From Christensenella sp. UBA5893 (GTDB lineage: Bacteria; Bacillota; Clostridia; Christensenellales; UBA1242): a stretch of 40,000 nt of DNA. Where the stretch lies: positions 122,238 through 162,237 of the forward strand of contig DJER01000033.1 of the NCBI GenBank assembly GCA_002431905.1, in the 5' to 3' direction. This document shows, piece by piece, positions 8,363 through 17,040 of the stretch. Under the pieces are notes generated by a model. That model ran no database searches. It was not told the origin of the DNA and saw only the letters and a program-made list of their open reading frames with translations. Position 1 is the first letter of the stretch, and each line of letters starts with the position of its first letter. Both the position numbers and the translations under genes were made by a program.

Positions 8363-8390
8363 TTGCAAATATGCTCAAATATGATATCAT
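8363..8390 (+). promoter_or_regulatory. candidate extended -10 promoter giving a leaderless RNHCP mRNA
   Basis: TTGCAA (8363-8368), 16 nt, TG-a-TATCAT (8382-8390). ATG 8397 starts 7 nt after the -10 and has no SD. Confidence 0.4.
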
Positions 8391-8396
8391 AAAAAC

Positions 8397-8729
8397 ATGG
8401 AAAGATTATTTACAAAAAACGATGATGAATTTATATGTCAAAATTGTGGATACAAAGTCCCAAAGTTAAACTACACTTCAAGGGACCATTGTCCAAAATG
8501 CTTATGCAGTTTGCATATTGATATAAACCCGGGCGATAGGGCAAACGATTGCAAAGGCTTGCTTGTTCCATATTCTTGCACACCATCAGCCAAAAAAGGT
8601 TATGTAATAACATACAAATGCTCAAAGTGTGGACAGTTCCATAATAATAAGTCTGCTGATGATGATAGCAAGGAAACAATTTTCAAGGTTATGAATGGTA
8701 GTTATAATGAGAATAGTTACAAAAAATAA
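8397..8729 (+). CDS. RNHCP-domain zinc-binding protein
   Basis: CQNCGYKV...SRDHCPKCLCSLHIDINPGDRANDCKGLL...YKCSKCG matches the RNHCP-domain cysteine pattern. Confidence 0.75.
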   Translation: MERLFTKNDDEFICQNCGYKVPKLNYTSRDHCPKCLCSLHIDINPGDRANDCKGLLVPYSCTPSAKKGYVITYKCSKCGQFHNNKSADDDSKETIFKVMNGSYNENSYKK

Positions 8730-8766
8730 AAAAATATATTGCAAGTTATGCAATATATTTTTTTTC
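8728..8766. terminator. bidirectional terminator between convergent genes
   Basis: Perfect 10-bp arms ATATATTGCA (8734-8743) / TGCAATATAT (8749-8758), 5-nt loop, A-run before and T-run after. Confidence 0.7.
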
Positions 8767-8769
8767 TAA

Positions 8770-11700
8770 CTATTTATTCTTATTTTGTTTTTGTTGTAAT
8801 TTTGCTTGTTTCTTCTCTTCTTTAAGCTTTTTGTTTTGAGCATCTTTTGCAAGTTTTTCTTTTTTTACTTTTTCAAGAATAATGTTTCTTTGAACACCAA
8901 GCAAATATTCTGGCATCTTGTAGCCTTCAATTTTTTGTTTTAGTGATTCAACTTGATTTTCAAGGGCAGTGTGACGTTTTGCATATGCCTTAAAATCTCT
9001 TTCTTGAGCCAATGAAACTTGACCAGTTGTTGTTCTTTGAGCTTTTGCATTTTCTTTGTGAACTTCTTCAATTCTTGCAATCTCTTTTTCAACATCTTCA
9101 ATTTGTTTTTCAACTTCTCTTATCTTTTCATCTCTAACTTTTTCAGCATCTTTTCTAATTACATCACGATATAAAGTTGAATTCCTGTCATATTCACTTG
9201 CTTTTTTCTTTTCCCATTTTTTGATTGTTACTTTTTTCATAAAGTATGCAACAATTGCAATTATCAAGGCAATTGCCAAGATTAGGGAAGGTATCAAATA
9301 CCAAATTACAAGACTATTATTTTCGTCATCTGTTTTGTTGTCGTTATCATTATTGTCATTGTCAGTTGTTTTTGTATCTTCTTTTGAAACAACTAAAATT
9401 GTTTTGTCATTTTTTGCAAATTCTGTTGCTTGTGTGTATTCCAATTTTTCAATTGTTTCAAATTTAAAATTATCAAAGAATGCAACACCTGTTATATCAT
9501 CTGAGCCACTCATTAACCCAAATTTCAAACTAACATCTTTTGCTTCGGCAGGGCATACATAAATTGTGTAAGCAGTCCATTCATCATTAGTTACAACTTC
9601 TGTAAAGTATTTATCAATACCATCAAGAGCAAATATTGCACCAAATTTAGCTTTGTCTTCATCTTTAACATTTTCTTGTTTTGTGTCACCACTAAATGCA
9701 GTGTAAACTTCAATATAGAATTTATAGTATGTGTCAGCTGACAAACTTAATTTATCTTTGTTTGTAAGAGTGTAGGTAGCTTTTCCATTAACTCTGATTG
9801 CTGGCATATATTTTAATGAATTTTCATTATTTTTTGAGTTTGTAATTGAATATTGATTTTGGATTTTTCCGTCTTCAATTTTTCCATCAATAATTCCACC
9901 ATATGCAATAGGAGAGCCTACTTCTGGATTTGTACCACTTTCAAGTTTTTGTGTGTATTTGTATGGTGTGTACATTCCAAAACCATATTTTTGTTCATCT
10001 TTAAAGAAACCAAAGTTTGCAACGGTAAAGTCAATTGTTTTGTGTGATTTTACAAATTCAGCATATGTTTCATCATTCATTGAACTGTCTTGTTCAAATT
10101 TTACATTATCAACAAACAAATATCCTCTTACTGTTTCATCTTCATTTCCAAGACTTATCATAAGTTTGATTGAGTTTGAATATTCTGATGCTTTGATTGT
10201 TATAGAGTAGTTAGCCCAAGCACTTGAATATAAACCTTCGTCTGAATAAATAACATTGTTATCACTGTCCAAAACATAAACACTCATAAGTTTTCTATTT
10301 GTTGTTTGTTCAACAGTTTTGTAATCAAAAGAAATCTTTTGATATGTTTGCTTTGAAACGGTTAGTGTGTCGCTTGTAACACTTTGATATGTTGCAAGTT
10401 TGTTGTAAATCATCAAAATGTTGTTTGCGTCAACATCGACACTTGATGCTGAACTTGGATTTTTAGGGTTACTTAAATTTCCATAAGTTGCTTTGTTTGC
10501 TTCATAGAAAGGTGAGTATGTGTTAATAATTCCAACAATACCTTTGCTTTCGTCTTCTTGCTTAACTGTCCAATCTGCTGGAGCGACTGGGTATTTTACA
10601 TCTTTTTCAACTTTTGAACCAACATTAAATGCACCATTTTTTACTGATGGGTCATTTTCAATTGTTGTAAGTTTTAATGTTGCACTATTTGAAGATTCTG
10701 CATTGTCAAATTGACTCCAAGAAATCTTTTCAAATGTGATATCATCAAATACTACAGCACCGGTTGCATTATTATCTTTGCTACCAAACCATAATTCAAG
10801 TTGTAAATTTGTTTCATAAAGTTCATAACCTTTAACATAGAAGTAGTAAGGTGTGTAGTTGTTTGTTAATTTGTTTTCTGTGTTTGAAGAAATTGTAATT
10901 GTTGAAGTGTTTGCTTTGTGGTCAGTTACAAATTCTTTAAGATTTTCATCTTGTTCAACAAGTTTTGCATAAGCATTTCCACTAAAGTTTGAAGAAAGTT
11001 TTGCCCAAACTGTTATTTTGTATGTTTCATAAGGTTCAACCTTGAATGTTGTGCTCTTAAACCCAAAATATGTTTTTTGATTTGCATACATAAGCATAGA
11101 GTAGTTGTTGTCACTTGATGACATATCACTGCCAAGGTATTCAAGACCTTTTGATTGCATACTTTCTGGGTTATTGATACTTATAACATAGGCATTGGCT
11201 TTGGTTGGTAAAGCATCAACTGATTTCCAACCATGCATTGAACCTGCTTCAAAATCTGCATTTTCAATAACATCTGCCATTGTATCTCTTAAATCAATAA
11301 CATTCATATTTCTTGTACTTGAAGAAATATCATGGTCAAAATAACTCCCAGATAGTTTGTTCATAGTAACATGGTCAAAGAATACTGCATCCAAAGAATC
11401 TTTTGTTTTTGAGCCAAGCCAAAGTTCAATGTTGATTGTTTGCTTTTCAATGCCTGTTGCAATGTAAAAACTATATTCGTCCCAAACACCACTAGAAAAA
11501 TATTCAAAAGAAGTGTTTGCTGTTTCTTCATCAAGTCCAGAAATATATATTGATGCTCTTGCATTGCTTTGGGTTAGGGCATAAACATTAACCTTGTAGA
11601 ATGAGTAAGCATTCAAAGTTATTGAACTTGATTTGTAACCAATGTGGTTTTGTTCATTTTTTGAATCAACTTTTGATTTTGCGTTTATCATAAGAACGTG

Positions 11701-12045
11701 GTCGTCAAAATCATCCAAATTCTTTGAAGGGTTTTGTGTTGATGAAAGGGCATAGTCACTTGTTCTTGATGAATTGCTGAATGTGCTTTCTTTGACATCA
11801 ATAATACCATTCTTACCTGTGCTTGATCCTTGAACAGACCAACCATTTGGTGTTGATTGTAATTGTGTTGTTGAAGATTCATTAAAATCTCCATTTGTTA
11901 CAGTCACTTGTTCAAATTGCATTTCAACACTTGCATCAACGCCATTTAGCAATACCGGCATTTGTGTTGTAAGTGTAAAGCATAGGACAAGGGCAATTGT
12001 AAATACAATCTTTTTTAGTAAATTAAATTTTTTTGTCGTAGTCAT
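8770..12045 (-). CDS. large type-I membrane/surface protein: signal peptide, four CBM4_9-like beta-sandwich modules, D/N-rich linker, TM helix, K/E-rich coiled-coil cytoplasmic tail
   Basis: Start taken at Met15 of the track ORF (12045), with AAAGGTGAG upstream. Each module begins with an N(G/A)DF-type motif and ends with a GxxxFD(D/H/N)(I/V/F)xFE motif (AVFFDHVTMNKLS, AVVFDDITFEKIS, YLFVDNVKFEQDS, VAFFDNFKFETIE). TM is SLVIWYLIPSLILAIALIIAIVAYF. Confidence 0.8.
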   Translation of the reverse strand: MTTTKKFNLLKKIVFTIALVLCFTLTTQMPVLLNGVDASVEMQFEQVTVTNGDFNESSTTQLQSTPNGWSVQGSSTGKNGIIDVKESTFSNSSRTSDYALSSTQNPSKNLDDFDDHVLMINAKSKVDSKNEQNHIGYKSSSITLNAYSFYKVNVYALTQSNARASIYISGLDEETANTSFEYFSSGVWDEYSFYIATGIEKQTINIELWLGSKTKDSLDAVFFDHVTMNKLSGSYFDHDISSSTRNMNVIDLRDTMADVIENADFEAGSMHGWKSVDALPTKANAYVISINNPESMQSKGLEYLGSDMSSSDNNYSMLMYANQKTYFGFKSTTFKVEPYETYKITVWAKLSSNFSGNAYAKLVEQDENLKEFVTDHKANTSTITISSNTENKLTNNYTPYYFYVKGYELYETNLQLELWFGSKDNNATGAVVFDDITFEKISWSQFDNAESSNSATLKLTTIENDPSVKNGAFNVGSKVEKDVKYPVAPADWTVKQEDESKGIVGIINTYSPFYEANKATYGNLSNPKNPSSASSVDVDANNILMIYNKLATYQSVTSDTLTVSKQTYQKISFDYKTVEQTTNRKLMSVYVLDSDNNVIYSDEGLYSSAWANYSITIKASEYSNSIKLMISLGNEDETVRGYLFVDNVKFEQDSSMNDETYAEFVKSHKTIDFTVANFGFFKDEQKYGFGMYTPYKYTQKLESGTNPEVGSPIAYGGIIDGKIEDGKIQNQYSITNSKNNENSLKYMPAIRVNGKATYTLTNKDKLSLSADTYYKFYIEVYTAFSGDTKQENVKDEDKAKFGAIFALDGIDKYFTEVVTNDEWTAYTIYVCPAEAKDVSLKFGLMSGSDDITGVAFFDNFKFETIEKLEYTQATEFAKNDKTILVVSKEDTKTTDNDNNDNDNKTDDENNSLVIWYLIPSLILAIALIIAIVAYFMKKVTIKKWEKKKASEYDRNSTLYRDVIRKDAEKVRDEKIREVEKQIEDVEKEIARIEEVHKENAKAQRTTTGQVSLAQERDFKAYAKRHTALENQVESLKQKIEGYKMPEYLLGVQRNIILEKVKKEKLAKDAQNKKLKEEKKQAKLQQKQNKNK

Positions 12046-12136
12046 AATCTCACCTTTTAATATATTAACTTTGTTAGTATATAGCAAATAGAATTATTTT
12101 GCAAATATTTTTTGTGTATTTGTAAACAATATTTTT

Positions 12137-12508
12137 ATGAAAAAAGGCAGTGGAAAACCAAGTTGGTGGAAAGTTGCTCTTTGTGGCACTATTATTGGTT
12201 TTATCAATGGAATATTTGGTGGGGGTGGTGGAATGCTTTGTGTACCTTTTTTGGAAAATGTTTTAAAGATGGAAACCAAGTATGCTCATGCAACAACACT
12301 ATGTGTTATTTTCCCGTTAAGTGTTGCAAGTTCGATAGTATATATCGGCAAAAATAATATCGAAATAATAACTCTTGTAATAATAACAATTTCGGCACTT
12401 ATAGGTGGCATAATTGGGGCATTTTTGCTCAAAAAACTTAACTCAAAATGGGTAAAAATAATCTTCTTAATTTTGATGTTTTGTGCAGGTCTAAAAATGG
12501 TGTTTTAA
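12137..12508 (+). CDS. TSUP (TauE/SafE) family transporter, N-terminal 4-TM half
   Basis: GFINGIFGGGGGMLCVPFL motif, 123 aa, 4 hydrophobic segments. The stop overlaps the next ATG (TAATG). Confidence 0.75.
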   Translation: MKKGSGKPSWWKVALCGTIIGFINGIFGGGGGMLCVPFLENVLKMETKYAHATTLCVIFPLSVASSIVYIGKNNIEIITLVIITISALIGGIIGAFLLKKLNSKWVKIIFLILMFCAGLKMVF

Positions 12509-12882
12509 TGTGGTATTTGTATCTAATTTTTGGGGTTTTGTCGGGTATAATCGGTGGAATGGGAATGGGTGGTGGCACACTTCTTATCCCACTTTTAACC
12601 ATATTTTGTGGGGTAAGTCAAATTGTTGCTCAAATGTATAATTTGCTTGCTTTTTTGCCTATGAGTATTATTGCCATTTTTATTCATTATAAAAACAAGC
12701 TAATAAAAATAAATTGTTTGCCAATTTTAATTATTTTTGGTATAACATTTTCGGTTTTGGGTAGTTTTGTTGCAAATTTAATGGACAAACAAGTCCTCAA
12801 AATTCTATTTGGCGCATTTTTAATAATATTAAGTATTGTGGAATTTATTAAAATACTAATAATAAAGGGCGACAAAAAGTAA
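12508..12882 (+). CDS. TSUP (TauE/SafE) family transporter, C-terminal 4-TM half
   Basis: MWYLYLIFGVLSGIIGGMGMGGGTLLIPLL motif, 124 aa from ATG 12508. The track ORF from 12448 is an upstream extension in the same frame. Confidence 0.75.
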   Translation: MWYLYLIFGVLSGIIGGMGMGGGTLLIPLLTIFCGVSQIVAQMYNLLAFLPMSIIAIFIHYKNKLIKINCLPILIIFGITFSVLGSFVANLMDKQVLKILFGAFLIILSIVEFIKILIIKGDKK

Positions 12883-12944
12883 AATATTGTTGCTAAATTA
12901 AGTTTTGTATGATAAAATAGTTTGAACAAAGGAGATTACATATA

Positions 12945-13115
12945 ATGGTAGACCCAAAAAAATGTATTGGATGTGGCACTTGTGTTTCTATGTGCCCAGT
13001 GGAAGCAATTTCGTTTGATGAAAATGGCAAAGCAAAAATCAACAAAGATATTTGCATAAAATGCGGAACTTGTGAAGCAGTATGCCCAGTTGGAGCAATA
13101 AAGATAGAAAGATAA
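12945..13115 (+). CDS. 2x[4Fe-4S] ferredoxin, 56 aa (below the ORF-track cutoff)
   Basis: Hand translation MVDPKKCIGCGTCVSMCPVEAISFDENGKAKINKDICIKCGTCEAVCPVGAIKIER gives two CxxCxxCxxxCP motifs. AAAGGAGA RBS at 12928-12935. Confidence 0.8.
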   Translation: MVDPKKCIGCGTCVSMCPVEAISFDENGKAKINKDICIKCGTCEAVCPVGAIKIER

Positions 13116-13126
13116 AAGGGAAAATA

Positions 13127-14617
13127 ATGGATAAAATTGCAATTATTGAAATGAATGAGTTAGGTCTAAAACTATCTATTTTGGAAGTCTGTGATGGCGG
13201 ATATTATAATGTTTTGGACAAAATTTCAGAGAATATAAAACTTGGTAGCAGTGTACAAAATGAAAATATTATACCAAGTGCAAAAATAGGAGAAACAATA
13301 ACTATATTAAAGTTGTTCCGCAAAATTTGTGTAACATACAATGTTTCAAAAATTTATGCATTTGCAAAAAGTTTCATAAGAGATGCAAAAAACCAAATTA
13401 GTTTCTTTGATGAAATATACAACAACACAAGCGTTTCTTTTGTAATGTTGAATGTAGAAGATGAAGTTAAAGCAATTTATTCTGGTGTCATCAACTTTGT
13501 TGATGTTCCAAAGGGAATAATCATTGATGTTGAAGCAAACAAAACTCATATTATTCAATACAACAGAAGAACAATGGTAAATGTAAAAACATTGCCATAT
13601 GGTGCAGTAAGTCTTGCTGACCAAAAAGTTGATTATCCAAGCATTATTGATATGGTAAAAAAAGATATCAAAGATGTTGACTTTTTGCATAATTTGGAAG
13701 AAGAAGTTATGTTTGTTGGAACAGGCTCAACAATGATAAGTATTGGCAAACTTGCAAAAAAAGTTTCACACTATCCACTTGATATCGACAATAACTATGT
13801 TGTTCAAAATGAAGTGTTTGGTGCAGTTTTTGACAAAGTAAAAGACCTTGAACTTGACAAAACAAAAAAATTAAAGGGCATAAGTGAAGACAGAGCAGAC
13901 AGTTTGGTGTCTGGAATGGCAATCGTAAAAGGTATATGTGATGCTGTAAAAATTGAACAATTCTCAATTTCGTCAGGAAGTTTTGAACAAGGCATCGTTC
14001 ATGCGTATGTTATTCCAGAAGCAAATGACAAACCACTTTGCGATATGCTTACACAAAGTCTTGACACAATAAGATTATACTATGACGGTGCAAACTCAAA
14101 CACACAAGACGTATACAACTTGGCAATCATACTATTCAAACAACTAAAAGTAATTCACAAACTCCCAAGAGTGTATATAAAAGCATTAAGAATTGCTTCA
14201 TCAATGTATGATTGTGGTAAGAGAATCAATTATGATAACTACTCAAATTACAGTCTTGATGTTATAATTAACTCAAACTTAAAGGGTGTATCACACAAAG
14301 ACCTTTTGCTTGCTGGTTTTGCTTGCAAATACCAAAATTTGGACAATATAGACCTTGCAGAATGGGTGAAATATAAAGATATTTTAACAGAAGAAGATTT
14401 GGATGCTGTAAGAAAACTTGGTGTAATAGTTCGCTTGGCAGCAGCACTTGACAGGTCAAAGAGTGGCAATATCACTGATGTGAGTTGCGATATTTTGGGT
14501 GATTCAATAATTATGAAGACCATTGTAAAGGAGGATGCAACATTTGATATAAGACAAGGTATGAAAGTTGCAAATGATTTTAAACGTGTTCTAAAGAAAA
14601 GCCTACAAATTATCTAA
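13127..14617 (+). CDS. Ppx/GppA-family protein with degenerate catalytic motifs
   Basis: Collinear with exopolyphosphatase/GppA (ASKHA N-half plus HD-like C-half ending ...VRLAAALDRSKSG). Start at Met16 of the track ORF, after AAAAGGGAAA. See finding on motif loss. Confidence 0.7.
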   Translation: MDKIAIIEMNELGLKLSILEVCDGGYYNVLDKISENIKLGSSVQNENIIPSAKIGETITILKLFRKICVTYNVSKIYAFAKSFIRDAKNQISFFDEIYNNTSVSFVMLNVEDEVKAIYSGVINFVDVPKGIIIDVEANKTHIIQYNRRTMVNVKTLPYGAVSLADQKVDYPSIIDMVKKDIKDVDFLHNLEEEVMFVGTGSTMISIGKLAKKVSHYPLDIDNNYVVQNEVFGAVFDKVKDLELDKTKKLKGISEDRADSLVSGMAIVKGICDAVKIEQFSISSGSFEQGIVHAYVIPEANDKPLCDMLTQSLDTIRLYYDGANSNTQDVYNLAIILFKQLKVIHKLPRVYIKALRIASSMYDCGKRINYDNYSNYSLDVIINSNLKGVSHKDLLLAGFACKYQNLDNIDLAEWVKYKDILTEEDLDAVRKLGVIVRLAAALDRSKSGNITDVSCDILGDSIIMKTIVKEDATFDIRQGMKVANDFKRVLKKSLQII

Positions 14618-14633
14618 TATAAAACAAAAAAAG

Positions 14634-14661
14634 AACATCAAATTTTTATTTGATGTTTTTT
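14634..14661 (+). terminator. rho-independent terminator after the Ppx-like gene
   Basis: AACATCAAA (14634-14642) / TTTGATGTT (14649-14657), 6-nt loop, T-run. Confidence 0.7.
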
Positions 14662-14715
14662 CTTAACAAATTTGACAAAGCAATATGGTTTTGATATGAT
14701 GTAAAAGGAGAAAAA

Positions 14716-15723
14716 ATGGCAGAAACAGTACTTGGAATTGATTTTGGATGTTCAAATATAACAATTCAAAATGAAAATAGACTTTTGTTAAAACAACCAA
14801 ATGTAATGGCAGTAAAAAAGATTGGCGAAGAAGTTGAGTTTATCACAGCAGGCGAAAGGGCAAAAACAATGCTTGGCAAGGCAACCGACAACGTTTATGT
14901 ATTTTACCCTGTAAGTGCTGGCGAAATTGTAAGTGTCAACTATGCAACTTTGGAATTGAAAAAGATTTTTAGCTCGCTTGGTTTAAAATTTGGTTTTTTT
15001 TCACGCCTAAAAGTTATCGCACCAATTCCATCTGGAATAAGTTTTGAAGAGCAAACAAAATATGTAAAGTTGTTCAAAAGTGTTGGTGCAAGGGAAGTTA
15101 TTTGTATTCCAAAACTTTTCTTAACTGCACTAGGCGAAAATATAAATATTGGTGCAAATAGTGCCAAACTTATTGTTGATATTGGTGGTGGAAATGTTGA
15201 ATGTGGAGTAATTAACCTTAACACTCTTATTTGCTCATCAAGTTTGGGTATTGGTGGAAGAACTCTTGACCTTACAATAATTGATTATATTAAGCAAAGA
15301 TATCAAACTATCATCGGCGAAAACACAGCACAAACATTAAAAGAACAAATTTTTAGTTTGTATGCTTCTGACACTGCAAAAATGGATGTAAATGGTGTTA
15401 GCAGTATAGACAATTCTCCGGTTACAATAACCATATATGCAAAAGATATTTTTGAAGCAACGCATTCGTTTTATGATGAAATCATAAAGATTATAAGAAC
15501 AACCATAAGTTCATTAAGTCCAGAGATTTCAAGCGATGTTGTAAGAAATGGTATATATGTTTGTGGCGGTCTGTCAAAAGTTCCGGGACTTGACAAATAC
15601 TTTAAACAACAACTTGGAATAAATGTGTTTATATCATACGAATCTGAAAACTCAAACATAAAAGGTATGTCAACACTTTTATCTCATAGTGATATTTTGG
15701 ATAATATTCTAAAAAACTTATAA
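14716..15723 (+). CDS. mreB: MreB/Mbl-family actin homolog (divergent)
   Basis: Collinear with MreB: LGIDFGCSNITI, AGERAKTMLGK, DIGGGNVECGVI, GIYVCGGLSKVPGLDKY. GGAG RBS at 14707. Confidence 0.72.
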   Translation: MAETVLGIDFGCSNITIQNENRLLLKQPNVMAVKKIGEEVEFITAGERAKTMLGKATDNVYVFYPVSAGEIVSVNYATLELKKIFSSLGLKFGFFSRLKVIAPIPSGISFEEQTKYVKLFKSVGAREVICIPKLFLTALGENINIGANSAKLIVDIGGGNVECGVINLNTLICSSSLGIGGRTLDLTIIDYIKQRYQTIIGENTAQTLKEQIFSLYASDTAKMDVNGVSSIDNSPVTITIYAKDIFEATHSFYDEIIKIIRTTISSLSPEISSDVVRNGIYVCGGLSKVPGLDKYFKQQLGINVFISYESENSNIKGMSTLLSHSDILDNILKNL

Positions 15724-15738
15724 AACAAAAAATTAGCG

Positions 15739-15780
15739 ACAAAGGGACATAATTAAACAAAATGTCCCTTTGTTTTTTTA
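15739..15780 (+). terminator. strong rho-independent terminator after the mreB-like gene
   Basis: 12-bp arms ACAAAGGGACAT (15739-15750) / ATGTCCCTTTGT (15762-15773), then TTTTTT. Confidence 0.8.
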
Positions 15781-15812
15781 TTCAAAAACTATAAACTTTT
15801 TTTGAGGTCAAA

Positions 15813-16601
15813 ATGGCAAGGAAAATAGTTTTTACAAGTGGAAAGGGTGGAGTTGGCAAAACGACTGTATGTGCAAATTTGGGTGCAACACTTTCCAATC
15901 TTGGATTTAGAGTTGTAATTCTTGATGTTGATATTGGACTAAATAACCTTGATGTTGTTATGGGGGTAGAGTCAAAGGTAGTTTTTGACTTGATTGATGT
16001 TATTGAAGGTAGATGCAGGGCAACACAAGCCTTGGTTCAAGATAGAAATTTTGAAAATCTTTATATCTTGCCGTCCTCGCACTCCTATCGTGGCGAAGAA
16101 ATTTCGGCAAATGATATAAAGAATGTTGTGCAAAGTTTGGAATTTAGTTTTGATTATATTTTTATAGATTGTCCAGCGGGTGTTGAACAGGGGTTCAAAA
16201 GGGCTGTTTCTTGTGCAAACGAAGCAGTCATTGTTGTAACTCCACACATTTCAAGCATAAGGGATGCAGACAAAGTTTTGTCAATTCTTTCGTCATATAA
16301 CCTTGACGAAAAATATTTGGTAGTCAACCGGGTTCGTGGCGATTTAATGATGAATGGCGAAATGATTGATGTTGACGAAATAATAAAGTTTTTGCATATT
16401 CCAATACTTGGCGTAATCCCTGAAGATGATGATATAACTGCACTTTCAAGCATAGGTGCTTTGGGTGGAAGCAACTCCAATAGAGCATGGGTTTTGCTTG
16501 CCGAAAATTTGCATAATGGCACAAAAAAAGTGTATGACTGCACACAAAAATATAGAGGATTTTTTGGTAGCATAAGAAGGAATATAAAAAGGAGAATGTG
16601 A
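15813..16601 (+). CDS. minD: septum site-determining ATPase MinD
   Basis: MARKIVFTSGKGGVGKTT deviant Walker A, DCPAG, and a C-terminal amphipathic tail FFGSIRRNIKRRM. Confidence 0.92.
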   Translation: MARKIVFTSGKGGVGKTTVCANLGATLSNLGFRVVILDVDIGLNNLDVVMGVESKVVFDLIDVIEGRCRATQALVQDRNFENLYILPSSHSYRGEEISANDIKNVVQSLEFSFDYIFIDCPAGVEQGFKRAVSCANEAVIVVTPHISSIRDADKVLSILSSYNLDEKYLVVNRVRGDLMMNGEMIDVDEIIKFLHIPILGVIPEDDDITALSSIGALGGSNSNRAWVLLAENLHNGTKKVYDCTQKYRGFFGSIRRNIKRRM

Positions 16602-16837
16602 TGAAGTTTTCAATTGCACAAATAGGGGAAAACAGACTAAAAAAGGTGCTTGTTCAAGACAAAGAACAAAACCCTGAAAGGCTTAAAGATGTGCTTAAGT
16701 CTGATATTCAAAATGTAGCAGTGTGCTATATGGACGATGTTTCAACAAGTGTAGATGTTTTGCCCAGTGATGATGGCGTAATTTTTAATGTTGTAATAAA
16801 GTGTAAAAGAGTTAAAAGTTTTGGTGTTTTGGCATAA
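16601..16837 (+). CDS. minE: cell-division topological specificity factor MinE
   Basis: 78 aa, TGATG overlap with minD, AAAAAGGAGA RBS. GENRLKKVLVQDK and RLKDVLKSDIQNVAVCYMDD are collinear with MinE. Confidence 0.68.
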   Translation: MKFSIAQIGENRLKKVLVQDKEQNPERLKDVLKSDIQNVAVCYMDDVSTSVDVLPSDDGVIFNVVIKCKRVKSFGVLA

Positions 16838-16866
16838 AATACGACATATTTCGCATATGTTTTTAT

Positions 16867-17040
16867 ATGGATAACTTTGGCAAAAATGTTGAAATTGTAA
16901 AAATGCAAAAGGTTGAAAACTTAACCTTAAAGCACAAAATAAACAGCATAATTTTTTTTGATGCGGTGTTTTATATGAGCCTTTTTACACTTTCCATTTT
17001 TTGCTTTTATGAAATTTTTAGTAAAATATGGGTGGTGTAA
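16867..17040 (+). CDS. hypothetical 57-aa single-TM micro-protein coupled to the M50 protease gene
   Basis: Hand translation MDNFGKNVEIVKMQKVENLTLKHKINSIIFFDAVFYMSLFTLSIFCFYEIFSKIWVV. Stop TAA 17038-17040 overlaps ATG 17040 (TAATG). No clear SD of its own. Confidence 0.3.
   Translation: MDNFGKNVEIVKMQKVENLTLKHKINSIIFFDAVFYMSLFTLSIFCFYEIFSKIWVV

Noticed and set aside
9316-9372. Short tandem-looking GTT/ATC/ATT repeats that resemble a microsatellite
   Set aside because: They are the antisense of codons for the D/N-rich linker (TDNDNNDNDNKTDDENN) of the surface protein. This is coding low complexity, not a non-coding repeat or a CRISPR-like array.
12094-12279. Minus-strand ORF with a PPPPP run
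   Set aside because: It is antisense to the GGGGG motif of the TSUP half-transporter and is a mirror artefact.
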